Counted from the stretch's first letter, positions 31,688 through 41,669 are shown. The stretch is 64,000 bases of DNA from an uncultured Gemmatimonadales bacterium (GCA_963716255.1 OY970303.1:1216001-1280000); one strand, 5' to 3'. Program-made: numbers and translations. The notes: generated by a model not told the origin, from the sequence alone.

Positions 31688-32314
31688 TCACCCCTCGAAA
31701 GCCTTGACCCGGACGCGGGCCGGGCGGAGGAGGATTCCCTTGAGGCGGTACCCCTTCTGGAAAACGTCGGCGACCGTGTGGTCCTCGTCGCGGCTCTCGG
31801 CCGGGACGGTCATCAGCGCCTCGTGCACGGCCGGGTCGAAGGGCTGCCCCTCGGCCGGGACCTCCTCCACGCCGGCCGACTCCAGGGCGCGCTGGAGCTT
31901 GCGCTCCACCATCTGCGTCCCTTCCATCAGCGCCTGGGCGGTAGCGGTCTCGGGGTTGTAGTGCTGGGCCACACGCTGCAGGTCGTCCAGCACGTCCAGG
32001 AGCTTCCCGGCGAGCTGCGCCTGGGCGCGGTTCCAGCTTTCCGCCTTTTCCCGCTCCACCCGCTTGCGGTAGTTGTCGAACTCGGCGGCCAGCCTCAGGT
32101 AGCGCTCGCGCGAGGCGGCCAGCTCCGGCTCCGGGGCGCCGCCGGACGCGGCACCCCCGGAAGGCGTGGCTTCGTCGCCGTCCTGCGCCGCGGCCACGTC
32201 GGCGTCGGCGAGGCCGTCCGCGCCGGCCTGCGGGCCGGCCTCTCCGTTCTGCTCCCCGGCGGCCGTGGACCCGGCGGCCTGCTCGGCGGTGCCCTCTGCG
32301 TCTTGCTTCTTCAT
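31688..32314 (-). CDS. grpE: Nucleotide exchange factor GrpE
   Basis: YLRLAAEFDNYRKR, FDPAVHEA, KGYRLKGILLRPARV. Confidence 0.95.
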   Translation of the reverse strand: MKKQDAEGTAEQAAGSTAAGEQNGEAGPQAGADGLADADVAAAQDGDEATPSGGAASGGAPEPELAASRERYLRLAAEFDNYRKRVEREKAESWNRAQAQLAGKLLDVLDDLQRVAQHYNPETATAQALMEGTQMVERKLQRALESAGVEEVPAEGQPFDPAVHEALMTVPAESRDEDHTVADVFQKGYRLKGILLRPARVRVKAFEG

Positions 32315-32434
32315 CGCGAAAAGGAGGATGGAATCGTCGTGGCATGCGCGCGCGCGCCGGGAGAAGACCGGGGCGCGCGAAAACAGGGGTTCCAGGGGCA
32401 ATGCACGTGCCAGCCGCCCCGGCCATTCTGGCAG

Positions 32435-33289
32435 CTAACCGGGGATGCGGCCGGCCATCCACTCCGCGATCCCCGCCACCACGGTCGCGCGATCCCGCTC
32501 GTTCAGCGACTCGTGGCGGAAGCCGGGGAAGCGGCGCACCTCCGCCTCGCCCGCCACGCCCCGGGCGAACGCCTCGGTGGCCTCGGCCAGGACGATGCGG
32601 TCGTCCCCCGGCACCACGAGCAGCAGCGGCACGCGGATGCGGTCCCGCCGCTCCACGGCGAGCCGCATGGCGGCCTGGATCTCGGTGTACAGGCGCGGCG
32701 TGATCCAGGGGTGCACCAGCGGGTCCGCGCGGTACGCCGCCACGACCGCATCGTCGGCGGACAGGTCGGCGGGGTCGATGCCGTTGGACAGCCGCAGCGC
32801 GGGGACCGTTCGCGACAGGAGGCCCGCCAGCGAGGTCTTCCACGCGGGCGGGCGGAGCGCCACCCCCAGCAGCGGCGCGGAAAGCACTGCGCCGGCCCAG
32901 CCCGCGCCCGGGTGCTCCTCCAGGTGGCGGATGGCGACCAGCCCGCCCAGCGAGTGGCCCAGCAGGAAGACGGGGAGGCCGGGCGGGAGGCCGGCGGCCA
33001 CGTGGCGGCGGAACGCCTCGAAGTCGTCCACGAGCTCGGCGAAGCGACTGATATGGCCGCGTCTCCCGGGGGAGTGGCCGTGGCCGCGGTGGTCGGGAGC
33101 GTACACGGAAACGCCGCGGGCGATCAGGTCCGCGGCGAGGGTGGAGTAGCGGCCGGCGTGCTCGCCCAGCCCGTGGGCCACCAGGAGCGCGGCGCGCGGC
33201 TCCGGGGCAGTCCAGGCGCGCGCGTGCAGGGGAAGGCCGTCCGCGCCGCGGAAGGTGCCGGCGCTCCCCTCCGCCCCGGCGGCGCCCAC
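32435..33289 (-). CDS. Alpha/beta hydrolase (lysophospholipase-like)
   Basis: HGLGEH, DHRGHG, GHSLGG nucleophile elbow, C-terminal HE. Confidence 0.9.
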   Translation of the reverse strand: MGAAGAEGSAGTFRGADGLPLHARAWTAPEPRAALLVAHGLGEHAGRYSTLAADLIARGVSVYAPDHRGHGHSPGRRGHISRFAELVDDFEAFRRHVAAGLPPGLPVFLLGHSLGGLVAIRHLEEHPGAGWAGAVLSAPLLGVALRPPAWKTSLAGLLSRTVPALRLSNGIDPADLSADDAVVAAYRADPLVHPWITPRLYTEIQAAMRLAVERRDRIRVPLLLVVPGDDRIVLAEATEAFARGVAGEAEVRRFPGFRHESLNERDRATVVAGIAEWMAGRIPG

Positions 33290-33290
33290 C

Positions 33291-33923
33291 CTACGGCTTC
33301 CCCAGGTCCAGCGTGCGGAAGCTGCGCATGTACACCACCAGCGAGTAAACGGTGAGGAACACCGCCACCGACAGCGCCACCACCGCGAAGCCGAAGTGGA
33401 ACTTCTGCCAGGCGTCCCACAGCGGGCCGCTCCACCCGTCCTCGCGCGCCTTGCTCTGCAGCGCGTACCAGAGGATCGCCGCGCCGATGGCGAAGTTCTG
33501 GCAGACCGCCTTGTACTTTCCCGCCTTGCCCGCGGCGAGCACCACCCCGCGCCGCGCCGCGTAGCTGCGGAACACGGTGATGAACGCCTCCCGCCCGAAG
33601 ATCACCAGCACGATCCACAGCGGGAACACCCCTCCGAACCAGGGAAAGGGGGCGTCCGGCCGGTCGCTGTGCGAGACCAGGTAGAGCGGGATGAAGGTGG
33701 CGGCGAGGAGCAGCTTGTCCGCGAGAGGGTCCAGCAGCTTGCCCAGGTCGGTGATCAGCCCCTGCGAGCGGGCCAGGTGCCCGTCCCACAGGTCCGAGAA
33801 GGCCGCGACCAGGAAGATGATCCACGCCGCGATGCGCTCCCCGAAGCCGTCCACGAACAGGAGGGGGACGAGGACCAGGGCGAGAACGATCCTGCCGAGG
33901 GTGATCAGATTGGGAAGGTTCAT
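33291..33923 (-). CDS. pgsA: CDP-diacylglycerol--glycerol-3-phosphate 3-phosphatidyltransferase
   Basis: MNLPNLITLGR, DLWDGHLAR...ITDLGKLLDPLADK, GKYK. Confidence 0.85.
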   Translation of the reverse strand: MNLPNLITLGRIVLALVLVPLLFVDGFGERIAAWIIFLVAAFSDLWDGHLARSQGLITDLGKLLDPLADKLLLAATFIPLYLVSHSDRPDAPFPWFGGVFPLWIVLVIFGREAFITVFRSYAARRGVVLAAGKAGKYKAVCQNFAIGAAILWYALQSKAREDGWSGPLWDAWQKFHFGFAVVALSVAVFLTVYSLVVYMRSFRTLDLGKP

Positions 33924-33945
33924 CCCGCGCACCCCGTGGCTCCCC

Positions 33946-34524
33946 TCAGCTCAGCGACTTGATGACCGACTTGCTCACCGCCTTCAGCGTGTCGAACACC
34001 CCGATGCCGCGCACCCCCACCGCCTCGAAGGTGGGGACGCGGCCGGGATTCAGCTGCTCTTCCAGCTCCTGCAGCGAGGAGATGTTGGGGAGGTCCCGCT
34101 TGTTGTACTGGATCACGAAGGGGATCTCCCGCAGGTCCAGCTGGTACTCCGCCAGGTTGTCGTACAGGTTGTGCATGGACTCGATGTTCGCGTCCAGCCG
34201 CTCCACCTGGCTGTCGGCCACGAACACCACCCCGTCCACCCCCTTCAGGATCAGCTTGCGGGAGGCGTTGTAGTACACCTGCCCCGGCACCGTGTACAGG
34301 TGGAAGCGCGTCTTGAAGCCGCGGATGGAGCCCAGGTCCACCGGGAGGAAGTCGAAGAAGAGGGTGCGCTCCGTTTCCGTCGCCAGGGAGATCAGCTTTC
34401 CCCGCGTGTTGGGCGCCACCTTCTCGAAGATGTACTCCAGGTTGGTCGTCTTGCCGCAGAGCCCGGGACCGTAGTAGACGATCTTGCAGTTGATCTCGCG
34501 GGACGCGTAGTTGATCATCGACAT
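33946..34524 (-). CDS. mglA: Small GTPase MglA
   Basis: [46 protein letters not shown]. Confidence 0.96.
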   Translation of the reverse strand: MSMINYASREINCKIVYYGPGLCGKTTNLEYIFEKVAPNTRGKLISLATETERTLFFDFLPVDLGSIRGFKTRFHLYTVPGQVYYNASRKLILKGVDGVVFVADSQVERLDANIESMHNLYDNLAEYQLDLREIPFVIQYNKRDLPNISSLQELEEQLNPGRVPTFEAVGVRGIGVFDTLKAVSKSVIKSLS

Positions 34525-34536
34525 GGCCGGTTCCTC

Positions 34537-35037
34537 CTAGAGATCCCCGAAAAGGCGGTCGATCTCGTCCTCGGCTTCGTCGACGAACGACGTTTCCAGG
34601 TGCGGGCGGGACTGGCTGGATGCATACCGGTCGAACATCTCCTGAAAGATCCCGCTCAGCTCGCGGACCACGTTCTTCACCTTGACCCGCACCATCCCCA
34701 GCGTGGTGCGGTTGTCGAACAGAACCACCAGGATCACCCGCTTCGCCACGTCCGCCAGGTACATGGACTCCTTCTCCCCCTGGTGGAAGAGCGAGGAGAA
34801 CTCGTTCTCGCCGATCATGGCGGCGAGCTGGTCGTTGGCGGAAAAGTCCGCGGCCGCCAGCGAGGCGAAGGCCACCGAGTCGAACTCCGGCTGCTCGCCC
34901 ACCGTGGCGACGAGCTGCCCGGTGCGGTCCACCAGCAGGGTGCAGCGCACGTTGGACTCGTACAGGAAGCCCTGGAGGAGGCGCTCGATCCGGTGGAAGT
35001 CGCGCTCCTCGAAGGACCAGCTCGCGGCGCCGGCCAT
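34537..35037 (-). CDS. mglB: Roadblock/LC7 protein MglB (MglA GAP)
   Basis: LLVDRTGQL, LAAMIGENEFSSLFHQGEKES, FDNRTTLGMVR; directly upstream of mglA. Confidence 0.92.
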   Translation of the reverse strand: MAGAASWSFEERDFHRIERLLQGFLYESNVRCTLLVDRTGQLVATVGEQPEFDSVAFASLAAADFSANDQLAAMIGENEFSSLFHQGEKESMYLADVAKRVILVVLFDNRTTLGMVRVKVKNVVRELSGIFQEMFDRYASSQSRPHLETSFVDEAEDEIDRLFGDL

Positions 35038-35351
35038 CAGCGTGCCTCCAGGGGGACGGGCCGGGTGGCGAGGGTGTCCTCCATGCGCGCCAGCAGCGCG
35101 GAGGCGCGGCGGCGCAGCAGCGGGCGCGCCTCCCAGGCGATGAAGTCGCGCAGCAGGAGGACGGTGTCGATGTTCGCCGGCCGGCCGCCCAGGTACCCGA
35201 GCGCGGCCAGGCGCCGCAGCGGGTGCGGGCTGAACAGGTCGCGCTGGTGGCGGCTGAGCTGGTCGCGCACGAGGAGCGCGCCCAGCGCCGCGGCCGCGGC
35301 GACCGCCAGGATGGTGAAACCGGTGGTTCGCAGGATCTGCCTGGTTTCCAT
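35037..35351 (-). CDS. Small membrane-anchored hypothetical protein
   Basis: One TM helix followed by DLFSPHPLRRLAALGYL; the stop codon overlaps the mglB ATG. Confidence 0.7.
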   Translation of the reverse strand: METRQILRTTGFTILAVAAAAALGALLVRDQLSRHQRDLFSPHPLRRLAALGYLGGRPANIDTVLLLRDFIAWEARPLLRRRASALLARMEDTLATRPVPLEAR

Positions 35352-35445
35352 ACGCCCGGTGTAGATCGGCACGGAGCTGGCTTCGGATGTCGGAGACAAG
35401 CTAACGAATGGTGGGGCGCGGGGAAATGGCGCGCCGCCCGCGGCC

Positions 35446-36036
35446 CTACATCTCGCGGCGGGCGTTCAGCGCTTCGGCGATGGTGACCCCGTCCGCGTAC
35501 TCCAGGTCGCCGCCGATGGGGAGCCCCCGCGCGATGCGGGTGACCCGCATCCCCAGGGGAGAGATGAGCTTGTGCAGGTACAGCGCGGTCGCTTCGCCCT
35601 CCACGGAGGGGTTGGTGGCGACCACCACCTCGCGCACCAGCGAGCCGGCGCCCAGGCGCGCCAGCAGCGCCTCGATGTTGAGCTCCGCCGGGCCCACCCC
35701 GTCCAGCGGCGACAGGTGCCCGCCCAGCACGTGGTACGTCCCGCGGAACTCGCCCGTGCGCTCGATGGCGGTGACGTCGGACGCCTCCTCCACCACGCAC
35801 AGCGTGGCCGCGTCGCGGCGCGGGCTCTCGCAGATGGCGCAGGTCTCGCGCTCCGACAGGTTGCCGCAGCGCGAGCACGCGCGCACCCGCTCGCGCACGG
35901 CGACGATGGCCCGGGCGAGGCGATGGGCCTCCTCGGGGGGAGCCTTGAGCAGGTGGAAGGTGAGCCGCAGCGCCGTCTTCCGGCCGATGCCGGGGAGGCG
36001 GGACAGCTCGCCCGCCAGGTCGTCGATGACCGACAA
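35446..36036 (-). CDS. recR: Recombination mediator RecR
   Basis: LPGIGRKTA, C4 zinc finger, YHVLGG, ATNPSVEGEATA, DLEYAD. Confidence 0.97.
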   Translation of the reverse strand: MSVIDDLAGELSRLPGIGRKTALRLTFHLLKAPPEEAHRLARAIVAVRERVRACSRCGNLSERETCAICESPRRDAATLCVVEEASDVTAIERTGEFRGTYHVLGGHLSPLDGVGPAELNIEALLARLGAGSLVREVVVATNPSVEGEATALYLHKLISPLGMRVTRIARGLPIGGDLEYADGVTIAEALNARREM

Positions 36037-36054
36037 TCCGGGATCCCGCCGCGC

Positions 36055-36384
36055 TTACAGGTCGGGGAGCTGGAACGGCATCGGGAACCCGCCCGACAGC
36101 TTCCGCACCTCCTCCTCGTACAGCTGCTGGGCGCGGTTCTGCGCCTCGGACACGGCCGCCAGGACCAGGTCCTCCAGCATCTCCACGTCGCCACCCTGCA
36201 CCACGCTGGGGTCGATCTTGAGCCCGCGGATGCGGCCCTTGCCGTCGGCGGTGGCGGTCACCATCCCGCCCCCGCTGGAGGAGGAGACGGTCTTCTGCCC
36301 CAGCTCGCTCTGGAGCTGGGTGAGGCGGGCCTGGACCTGCTGGCCCATCTCCAGGATCTGCTGGAAATTGTTCATCTCTGCCAT
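36055..36384 (-). CDS. ybaB: Nucleoid-associated protein, YbaB/EbfC family
   Basis: SGGGMVT, DVEMLEDLVLAA; lies between dnaX and recR. Confidence 0.93.
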   Translation of the reverse strand: MAEMNNFQQILEMGQQVQARLTQLQSELGQKTVSSSSGGGMVTATADGKGRIRGLKIDPSVVQGGDVEMLEDLVLAAVSEAQNRAQQLYEEEVRKLSGGFPMPFQLPDL

Positions 36385-36478
36385 GAAGCCACGGGGCTGA
36401 AAGTCGCGCAAAATAGGGACGGGCGCGCACCGCCCGCAAGTGACGGACCGCAGGGTCCGGCGGCGGCGTGCGCGCCCC

Positions 36479-38389
36479 TCAATCGACCAGCTCGAGGTCC
36501 CACTCCTGTACCGCGACGGCAAGCAGGGGTTCCTCCTCGGTGAGGCGCCGCAGACGGTCGCGCCGGGCGCTCTCCGCGGTGATCCGCCCCGTGCCGGTAC
36601 CGCCGCCGCCCCCCCCGGCGTCCTGCTGCCCCTGCGCGAACGCCAGCGACACCCGCCGCCCCAGCCGCCGCCCCAGCGCCTCCTCCAGCGGCCTGCGCGC
36701 CGCGGGCGCGGAGAGCCGGTCCAGCACCGGCGACGCCGGCGGGACCGTGACGCGCACCTCGCCGCCCGGGCCGGGGGAAACCTGCGCGGGCTTGAGGAAG
36801 AGCGACATCCCCGGCGGGATCCCCTCGCCGTCCTCCACCAGCGACCTCCACGCGCGGCGCAGATTCACCGGGTCCAGCGGCCCCTCGTCCGCCGGCGGCG
36901 GCTCGGGCGCGGCGGCAGGAGTCCCGGCGGCCGGCGCGGCGGCTGGCGCGGGCTCCGGGGCGGGCGCCCGGACGGCCGGCGGCACGGCGGGCGTCATCTC
37001 GGGCGCTTCCGCCACGGCCCGCGGGGCCGGTACCGCCGCCGCGTCGGGCTCCGGCGCCGGGGGCGCCGCGACAGCCGCGGGCGAAGGCCGCGGCGCCGGC
37101 GGCGCCGGGCGCTGCGAGGGCGGCGCGGAGGGAGCGGCCTGGGCCGAAGGCGGAGCGACGGGGTTGCGGCGGACGGGCGGGGCCTCAGCGGCCGCCCGCC
37201 CGCCCGACCCGTTTCCCGGTGGCGCGGCGGAGGCCCCGCCGTTGCCGGCCACGGCGGCGAGCACCTCCTCCAGGGTGACGGTGCGCTCCAGGTAGGCGAA
37301 GCGCAGCAGGAGCAGCTCGATCAGGATCCGCTGCTCGCCGCTCTTGCGGAAGCGCCCGTCCGCGTCCAGCTCGGCCACCTGCGCGAGCATCCGCAGCAGG
37401 TCGCCCGCCGCGAACTCCCCGGCCCGCGCCGCCATCACCCCGCGCAGGTCGTCGCGCACCTCGGCCGCGTCGGCGCCCTCCAGCTTGACGATGAGGAGCG
37501 CGCGGATGAAGTCGGCCAGCCCGCGGTAGAACTCGGTGAAGTCGTACCCCTCCTCCAGCAGCCGCGCCACGAAGCGGAACACGTCCGCGTGGCGCCGCTC
37601 GGCGATGACGTCGAACAATTCCAGGTACAGCTCGCTCCCCACCAGCCCCAGCACGCGCCGCACGTCCTCGGCGGTGGGCGTCCCCTCGGTGAAGGAAAGC
37701 ACCTGGTCCAGCAGCGACAGGGCGTCGCGCATCCCCCCGTCCGCCTTCTGGGCGATGGGGAGGAGCACCTCGTCGGCGGCCTGGATCCCCTCCGCGGCGA
37801 GCACCTCGCGCAGCCGCCGCACCAGGTCGGTGGTACCGATGCGCCGGAAGTCGAAGCGCTGGCAGCGCGACAGGATGGGCGGCGCGGCCTGCTGGATCTT
37901 CTGCGGCTCGGTGGTGGCGAACACGAAGATCACCCGCGGGGGCGGCTCCTCCAGGATCTTGAGGAGGGCGTTCCACGCCTCGCGGGTGAGCATGTGCGCC
38001 TCGTCGATGATGTAGACCTTGAAGCGGTCTTCCTCGGACGGGGAGTACATGGCCCGCTCGCGCAGGTCGCGAGCGTCGTCCACGCCGCGGTTGGAGGCGG
38101 CGTCGATCTCCACCACGTCCAGCGAGGTGCGGCCCGCCCAGATCTTCTGGCACGAGTCGCAGACACCGCACGGCTCGCCGTCCGCGCCCCGGTCGGCGCA
38201 GTTCAGGGCCATGGCCAGCACGCGCGCCAGCGTGGTCTTTCCCACCCCGCGCGGTCCGCAGAACAGGTACGCGTGGGCAACTCGGTCGCGCTGGACGGCC
38301 GCCCGGAGCGTCTCGGAGACGTGCTCCTGGGTGGCGACCTCCGCGAAGGTGCGCGGCCGGTAAGTGCGGGCGAGGGCGGTGCGCGACAC
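36479..38389 (-). CDS. dnaX: DNA polymerase III subunit gamma/tau
   Basis: ALARTYRP, GPRGVGKTT, IDAASNRG, IIDEAHML, SRCQ; Pro/Ala-rich linker. GTG start inferred. Confidence 0.96.
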   Translation of the reverse strand: MSRTALARTYRPRTFAEVATQEHVSETLRAAVQRDRVAHAYLFCGPRGVGKTTLARVLAMALNCADRGADGEPCGVCDSCQKIWAGRTSLDVVEIDAASNRGVDDARDLRERAMYSPSEEDRFKVYIIDEAHMLTREAWNALLKILEEPPPRVIFVFATTEPQKIQQAAPPILSRCQRFDFRRIGTTDLVRRLREVLAAEGIQAADEVLLPIAQKADGGMRDALSLLDQVLSFTEGTPTAEDVRRVLGLVGSELYLELFDVIAERRHADVFRFVARLLEEGYDFTEFYRGLADFIRALLIVKLEGADAAEVRDDLRGVMAARAGEFAAGDLLRMLAQVAELDADGRFRKSGEQRILIELLLLRFAYLERTVTLEEVLAAVAGNGGASAAPPGNGSGGRAAAEAPPVRRNPVAPPSAQAAPSAPPSQRPAPPAPRPSPAAVAAPPAPEPDAAAVPAPRAVAEAPEMTPAVPPAVRAPAPEPAPAAAPAAGTPAAAPEPPPADEGPLDPVNLRRAWRSLVEDGEGIPPGMSLFLKPAQVSPGPGGEVRVTVPPASPVLDRLSAPAARRPLEEALGRRLGRRVSLAFAQGQQDAGGGGGGTGTGRITAESARRDRLRRLTEEEPLLAVAVQEWDLELVD

Positions 38390-38449
38390 TGCGGTGACGT
38401 TGCGGGAGAAGGAGGGCACGGGACTGTGGTCCTACGTGGGTTGAAACCT

Positions 38450-38478
38450 AATATACTACCCGGGGGAAGGTCCGTCCA
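38450..38478 (-). promoter_or_regulatory. Sigma70-like promoter for dnaX
   Basis: TGGACG-N17-TATATT on the minus strand. Confidence 0.55.
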
Positions 38479-38510
38479 AAAACGATGGAACGGCTTTGAA
38501 GGACGGGTTC

Positions 38511-38639
38511 GGGCGTGCCCCCGGCTGGCGCCGGGGTCGGGCTTCGGCTCCGTAAGCCCGCAAACAACGCGGGCTAACGGAGTCGAGCCCCGCGAAACTG
38601 CCCGCGGGTCTCGCCCCTTCGGGCCGTAATCCCTCACGC
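38511..38639 (+). repeat. Structured repeat family A, copy 2
   Basis: Direct alignment with copy 1. Confidence 0.92.
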
Positions 38640-38737
38640 AGGTCCCGCACTGGCGTCCGCTGGCACGTGTCCGTTTCCGCCTCGGAAACGCGCATCTCCT
38701 ATCCGGACGGCCTGCGACAACTCAACCACCAACCGCC

Positions 38738-39781
38738 ATGCGTATCACCGCGCTGCTGCTCGCCCTCGTCCTGCTGCTCCCCGTCGCCTCGCCCGCCCAG
38801 GACGGGCGCCTGCGGGTGACGCTGGTGGCCGACGAGCCGGAGGCGGTGCTCGCCATCCTCGCGCACCGCAGCGGAGGCTCGGCACCGACCGAGGCGGACT
38901 GGGGGCGGCTGTTCGCCAGCGAGGGGTACGTGCGCCTCCGGCAGCGCGAGAAGGGGATGGGGCGGGCGTTCACGGACTCGGCGTTCCGGGCGTTCGTGCG
39001 CTCGCCGGAGCTCGTGGCGCGCGAACCGGCGCTCCGCGCCACCCTGGACGCGTGGCGCGGGGCGGACCTCACGGCGGCCGCGCGGCGCGCCTTCGCCTAC
39101 CTGCCCCCGGGCGCGACGATCCAGGCCAGGGTCTACCCGTCCATCAAGCCCAGGACCAACTCCTTCGTCTGGGAGGCGCGGACGGACCCGGCGATCGTCC
39201 TGTACCTGGACCCCGCGCTGCCCGCCGCGAAGTTCGAGAACACCGTGGCCCACGAGCTCCACCACGTGGGCGTGGGGAGCGCGTGCCCGGCGGACCCGGA
39301 CTCGACGCTGCCGGCCGGGCTGCGGAGCGCGCTGACGTGGATGGGCGGCTTCGCCGAAGGGCGCGCCGTGCTCGCCGCCGCGGGCGGCCCGGACGCGCAC
39401 CCGCACGCCGCGAGCGATTCCGCGGAGCGCGCCGTGTGGGAGCGCGACCTGGCCCACGCCGAGCGCGACGTGCGGCGGATGGAGGCCTTCTTCCTGGAGC
39501 TGCTGGACGGGAGGGTGCCGGAGGAGCAGCAGACGCCGCGGGGGATGGCGTTCATCGCCACGGACAGCGTGCCGCAGGGACCCTTCTACACGGTGGGGTG
39601 GCTGATGGCGTCTACCGTGGAGCGGCGGCTGGGGCGGGAGCGGCTGGTGGCATCGCTCTGCGACCCGCGCGCCTTCCTGGCGGACTACCAGCGGGCGGCG
39701 CGGGAGGCGAACCGAACCGACGGGACGCCGCTGCCGCTCTGGTCGGACGGGCTGCTGCGGAGGATCGGCGCGGACACCTGA
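38738..39781 (+). CDS. Secreted putative Zn-dependent protease (DUF5700-like)
   Basis: Signal peptide; HELHH motif with downstream AEG; FYTVGW. Confidence 0.75.
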   Translation: MRITALLLALVLLLPVASPAQDGRLRVTLVADEPEAVLAILAHRSGGSAPTEADWGRLFASEGYVRLRQREKGMGRAFTDSAFRAFVRSPELVAREPALRATLDAWRGADLTAAARRAFAYLPPGATIQARVYPSIKPRTNSFVWEARTDPAIVLYLDPALPAAKFENTVAHELHHVGVGSACPADPDSTLPAGLRSALTWMGGFAEGRAVLAAAGGPDAHPHAASDSAERAVWERDLAHAERDVRRMEAFFLELLDGRVPEEQQTPRGMAFIATDSVPQGPFYTVGWLMASTVERRLGRERLVASLCDPRAFLADYQRAAREANRTDGTPLPLWSDGLLRRIGADT

Positions 39782-39875
39782 AGTCCCGGCGCTGTCCCGC
39801 CGTGCGCGGACGAACGATGGCCGGCGCGGGGATCCGGAGGGTAAACGGCGTAACGTCACCGCCGAGAAAGCCGTC

Positions 39876-40004
39876 GCGTGAGGGATTTCGGCCCGAAGGG
39901 GCGAGACCCCGCGGCAGTTTGCGGGGGCTCGACTCCGTTAGCCCGCGTTGTTTGCGGGCTTACGGAGCCGAAGCCCGACCCCGGCGCCAGCCGGGGGCAC
40001 GCCC
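39876..40004 (-). repeat. Structured repeat family A, copy 3 (inverted)
   Basis: Reverse complement of copy 2, almost identical. Confidence 0.92.
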
Positions 40005-40030
40005 GAACCCACCTCACGCAGTCGTTTCAA

Positions 40031-40417
40031 TCACATCCGCCAGGCGTCCTCCACGTGCTCCACGACGGGCTCCCCTCCCCCGCCCACCAGCACCGCCACC
40101 GCGTCGAACCTGTACACGTCCCCACCACGACCGTGACGGTCGATCCACGCCTGCGCCACCTGCCCGATCTCGCGCCGCTTCTTCCAGGTGATCGCCTCCA
40201 GCGGGTGCCCGTAGCCCCGCCCGCCGCGCGTCTTCACCTCCACGAACGCGACGACCTCGCCGCGGCGCGCGACGAGGTCGATCTCCTTGCGGCCCAGGCG
40301 GAAATTTCGGTCCAGCACCGTCCAGCCCCGCTCCGCGAGGTGGCGGGCGGCGATCTGCTCGCCGCGGTCGCCGAGCGGCTTGGTGGCCCGGCGCGGCGGG
40401 CGGAGCGGCTCCTCCAC
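40031..40417 (-). CDS. yraN: YraN-family protein
   Basis: GDRGEQIAARHL, EIDLVA, FVEVKTR, RFDAVAV. Confidence 0.92.
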   Translation of the reverse strand: MEEPLRPPRRATKPLGDRGEQIAARHLAERGWTVLDRNFRLGRKEIDLVARRGEVVAFVEVKTRGGRGYGHPLEAITWKKRREIGQVAQAWIDRHGRGGDVYRFDAVAVLVGGGGEPVVEHVEDAWRM

Positions 40418-40429
40418 CCTGCCCGCCGG

Positions 40430-41479
40430 TCAGCGCGCGCCGGCCGGGGCCAGCGCGGGCGACAGCGTCCGGCCGATGGCCTGGGCGATGAGCGCGATCT
40501 GCTCCATCAGCTCGCCGAACTGCTCCGGGTAGAGCGACTGGGCGCCGTCGGAAAGGGCGCGCTCCGGCTCCGGGTGCACCTCCACCATCAGCCCGTCGGC
40601 GCCGGCGGCCACGGCGGCGCGCGCCATGGGGATCACCTTGGCACGTACGCCCGTGCCGTGGCTGGGATCGGCGATGATGGGGAGGTGCGAGAGGCCCTTG
40701 ACCACCGGGATGGCGGTGAGGTCCAGGAGGTTGCGGGTCTGCTGCGAGTCGAAGCCGCGCACCCCGCGCTCGCACAGGATCACCTGCCGGTTCCCCTCGG
40801 CGAGGATGTACTCGGCGGACATCAGGAACTCGGTGATGGTGGCCGACATCCCGCGCTTGAGCAGGACCGGCTTGCCGGCGCGCCCGGCGAGGCGCAGCAG
40901 CGAGAAGTTCTGCATGTTGCGCGCGCCGATCTGGATGATGTCGGCGTACTTCGCCACCAGCGCCAGGCTCTCCGGGTCTATGGCCTCGGTGACGATCGCC
41001 ATCCCCGTCTCCTCGCGGGCCGCGGCCAGCAGCTTCAGTCCTTCCTCGCCCATCCCCTGGAACGAGTACGGCGAGGTGCGCGGCTTGAAGGCGCCGCCGC
41101 GGAGGACGGTGGCGCCGGCGTCGCGGAGGCGCTGCGCGATGCCGATGATCTGCGCCGCGGACTCCACCGAGCACGGCCCGGCCATCACCGCCACCTCGTC
41201 GCCGCCGATGCGCGTGCCGTTCGCCAGCTCCACGATGGTGGGCTCGGGCGACCACTCGCGCGACACCTGCTTGTACGGCTGGGAAACGTGGATGACCTGG
41301 AGCACCCCGGAGAGCGCCTCGATGCGGTCCGCCGGCACCTTGCCGTCGTTGCCGATCAGCCCCACCGCGGTACGCTGCTTCCCGGGGATGGGGCGCGCCT
41401 CGTAGCCGAGGTCGTGTATGGTCTCCACGACACCCCGGACGTCCTCCTCGGTGGCGTCGTGACGCATGACGACGAGCAT
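40430..41479 (-). CDS. aroF: 3-deoxy-7-phosphoheptulonate (DAHP) synthase, type I-beta
   Basis: N-terminal regulatory domain; AGPCSVE, KPRTSPYSFQG, IGARNMQN, DPSH. Confidence 0.95.
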   Translation of the reverse strand: MLVVMRHDATEEDVRGVVETIHDLGYEARPIPGKQRTAVGLIGNDGKVPADRIEALSGVLQVIHVSQPYKQVSREWSPEPTIVELANGTRIGGDEVAVMAGPCSVESAAQIIGIAQRLRDAGATVLRGGAFKPRTSPYSFQGMGEEGLKLLAAAREETGMAIVTEAIDPESLALVAKYADIIQIGARNMQNFSLLRLAGRAGKPVLLKRGMSATITEFLMSAEYILAEGNRQVILCERGVRGFDSQQTRNLLDLTAIPVVKGLSHLPIIADPSHGTGVRAKVIPMARAAVAAGADGLMVEVHPEPERALSDGAQSLYPEQFGELMEQIALIAQAIGRTLSPALAPAGAR

Positions 41480-41598
41480 TTATCGCTGTGTGCTGCGGGA
41501 AGTCGGGCTCGTTTATACCTGTAGGAAGTATAGCATCCGGCGCTGGCGGGGTGAAGTACAGGGGCGGGCAGCCGGCCCCGGCCGAATCTACAACATAC

Positions 41599-41627
41599 TT
41601 GACGACAGCTTATGACGAGACAATCAT
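41599..41627 (+). promoter_or_regulatory. Possible sigma70-like promoter of the peptide array
   Basis: TTGACG-N17-AATCAT in an AT-rich patch 40 nt upstream of peptide 1. Confidence 0.35.
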
Positions 41628-41669
41628 GTGTCACCCGGTTTCTTTCACACCCTGATCGGAAAGGACCCC

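Noticed and set aside
30486..32314. grpE-dnaJ without dnaK
   Set aside because: Split chaperone operons are common, and dnaK is probably elsewhere in the genome.
38511..38639. Structured element upstream of dnaX as SRP RNA (ffs)
   Set aside because: It lacks the SRP domain IV signature and is one of six dispersed copies.
38203..38695. Recurring small ORFs such as MRDFGPKGRDP...EPKPDPGASRGHA
   Set aside because: These are translations of repeat A. Their ends and frames differ between copies, and the variation follows base pairing rather than codons.
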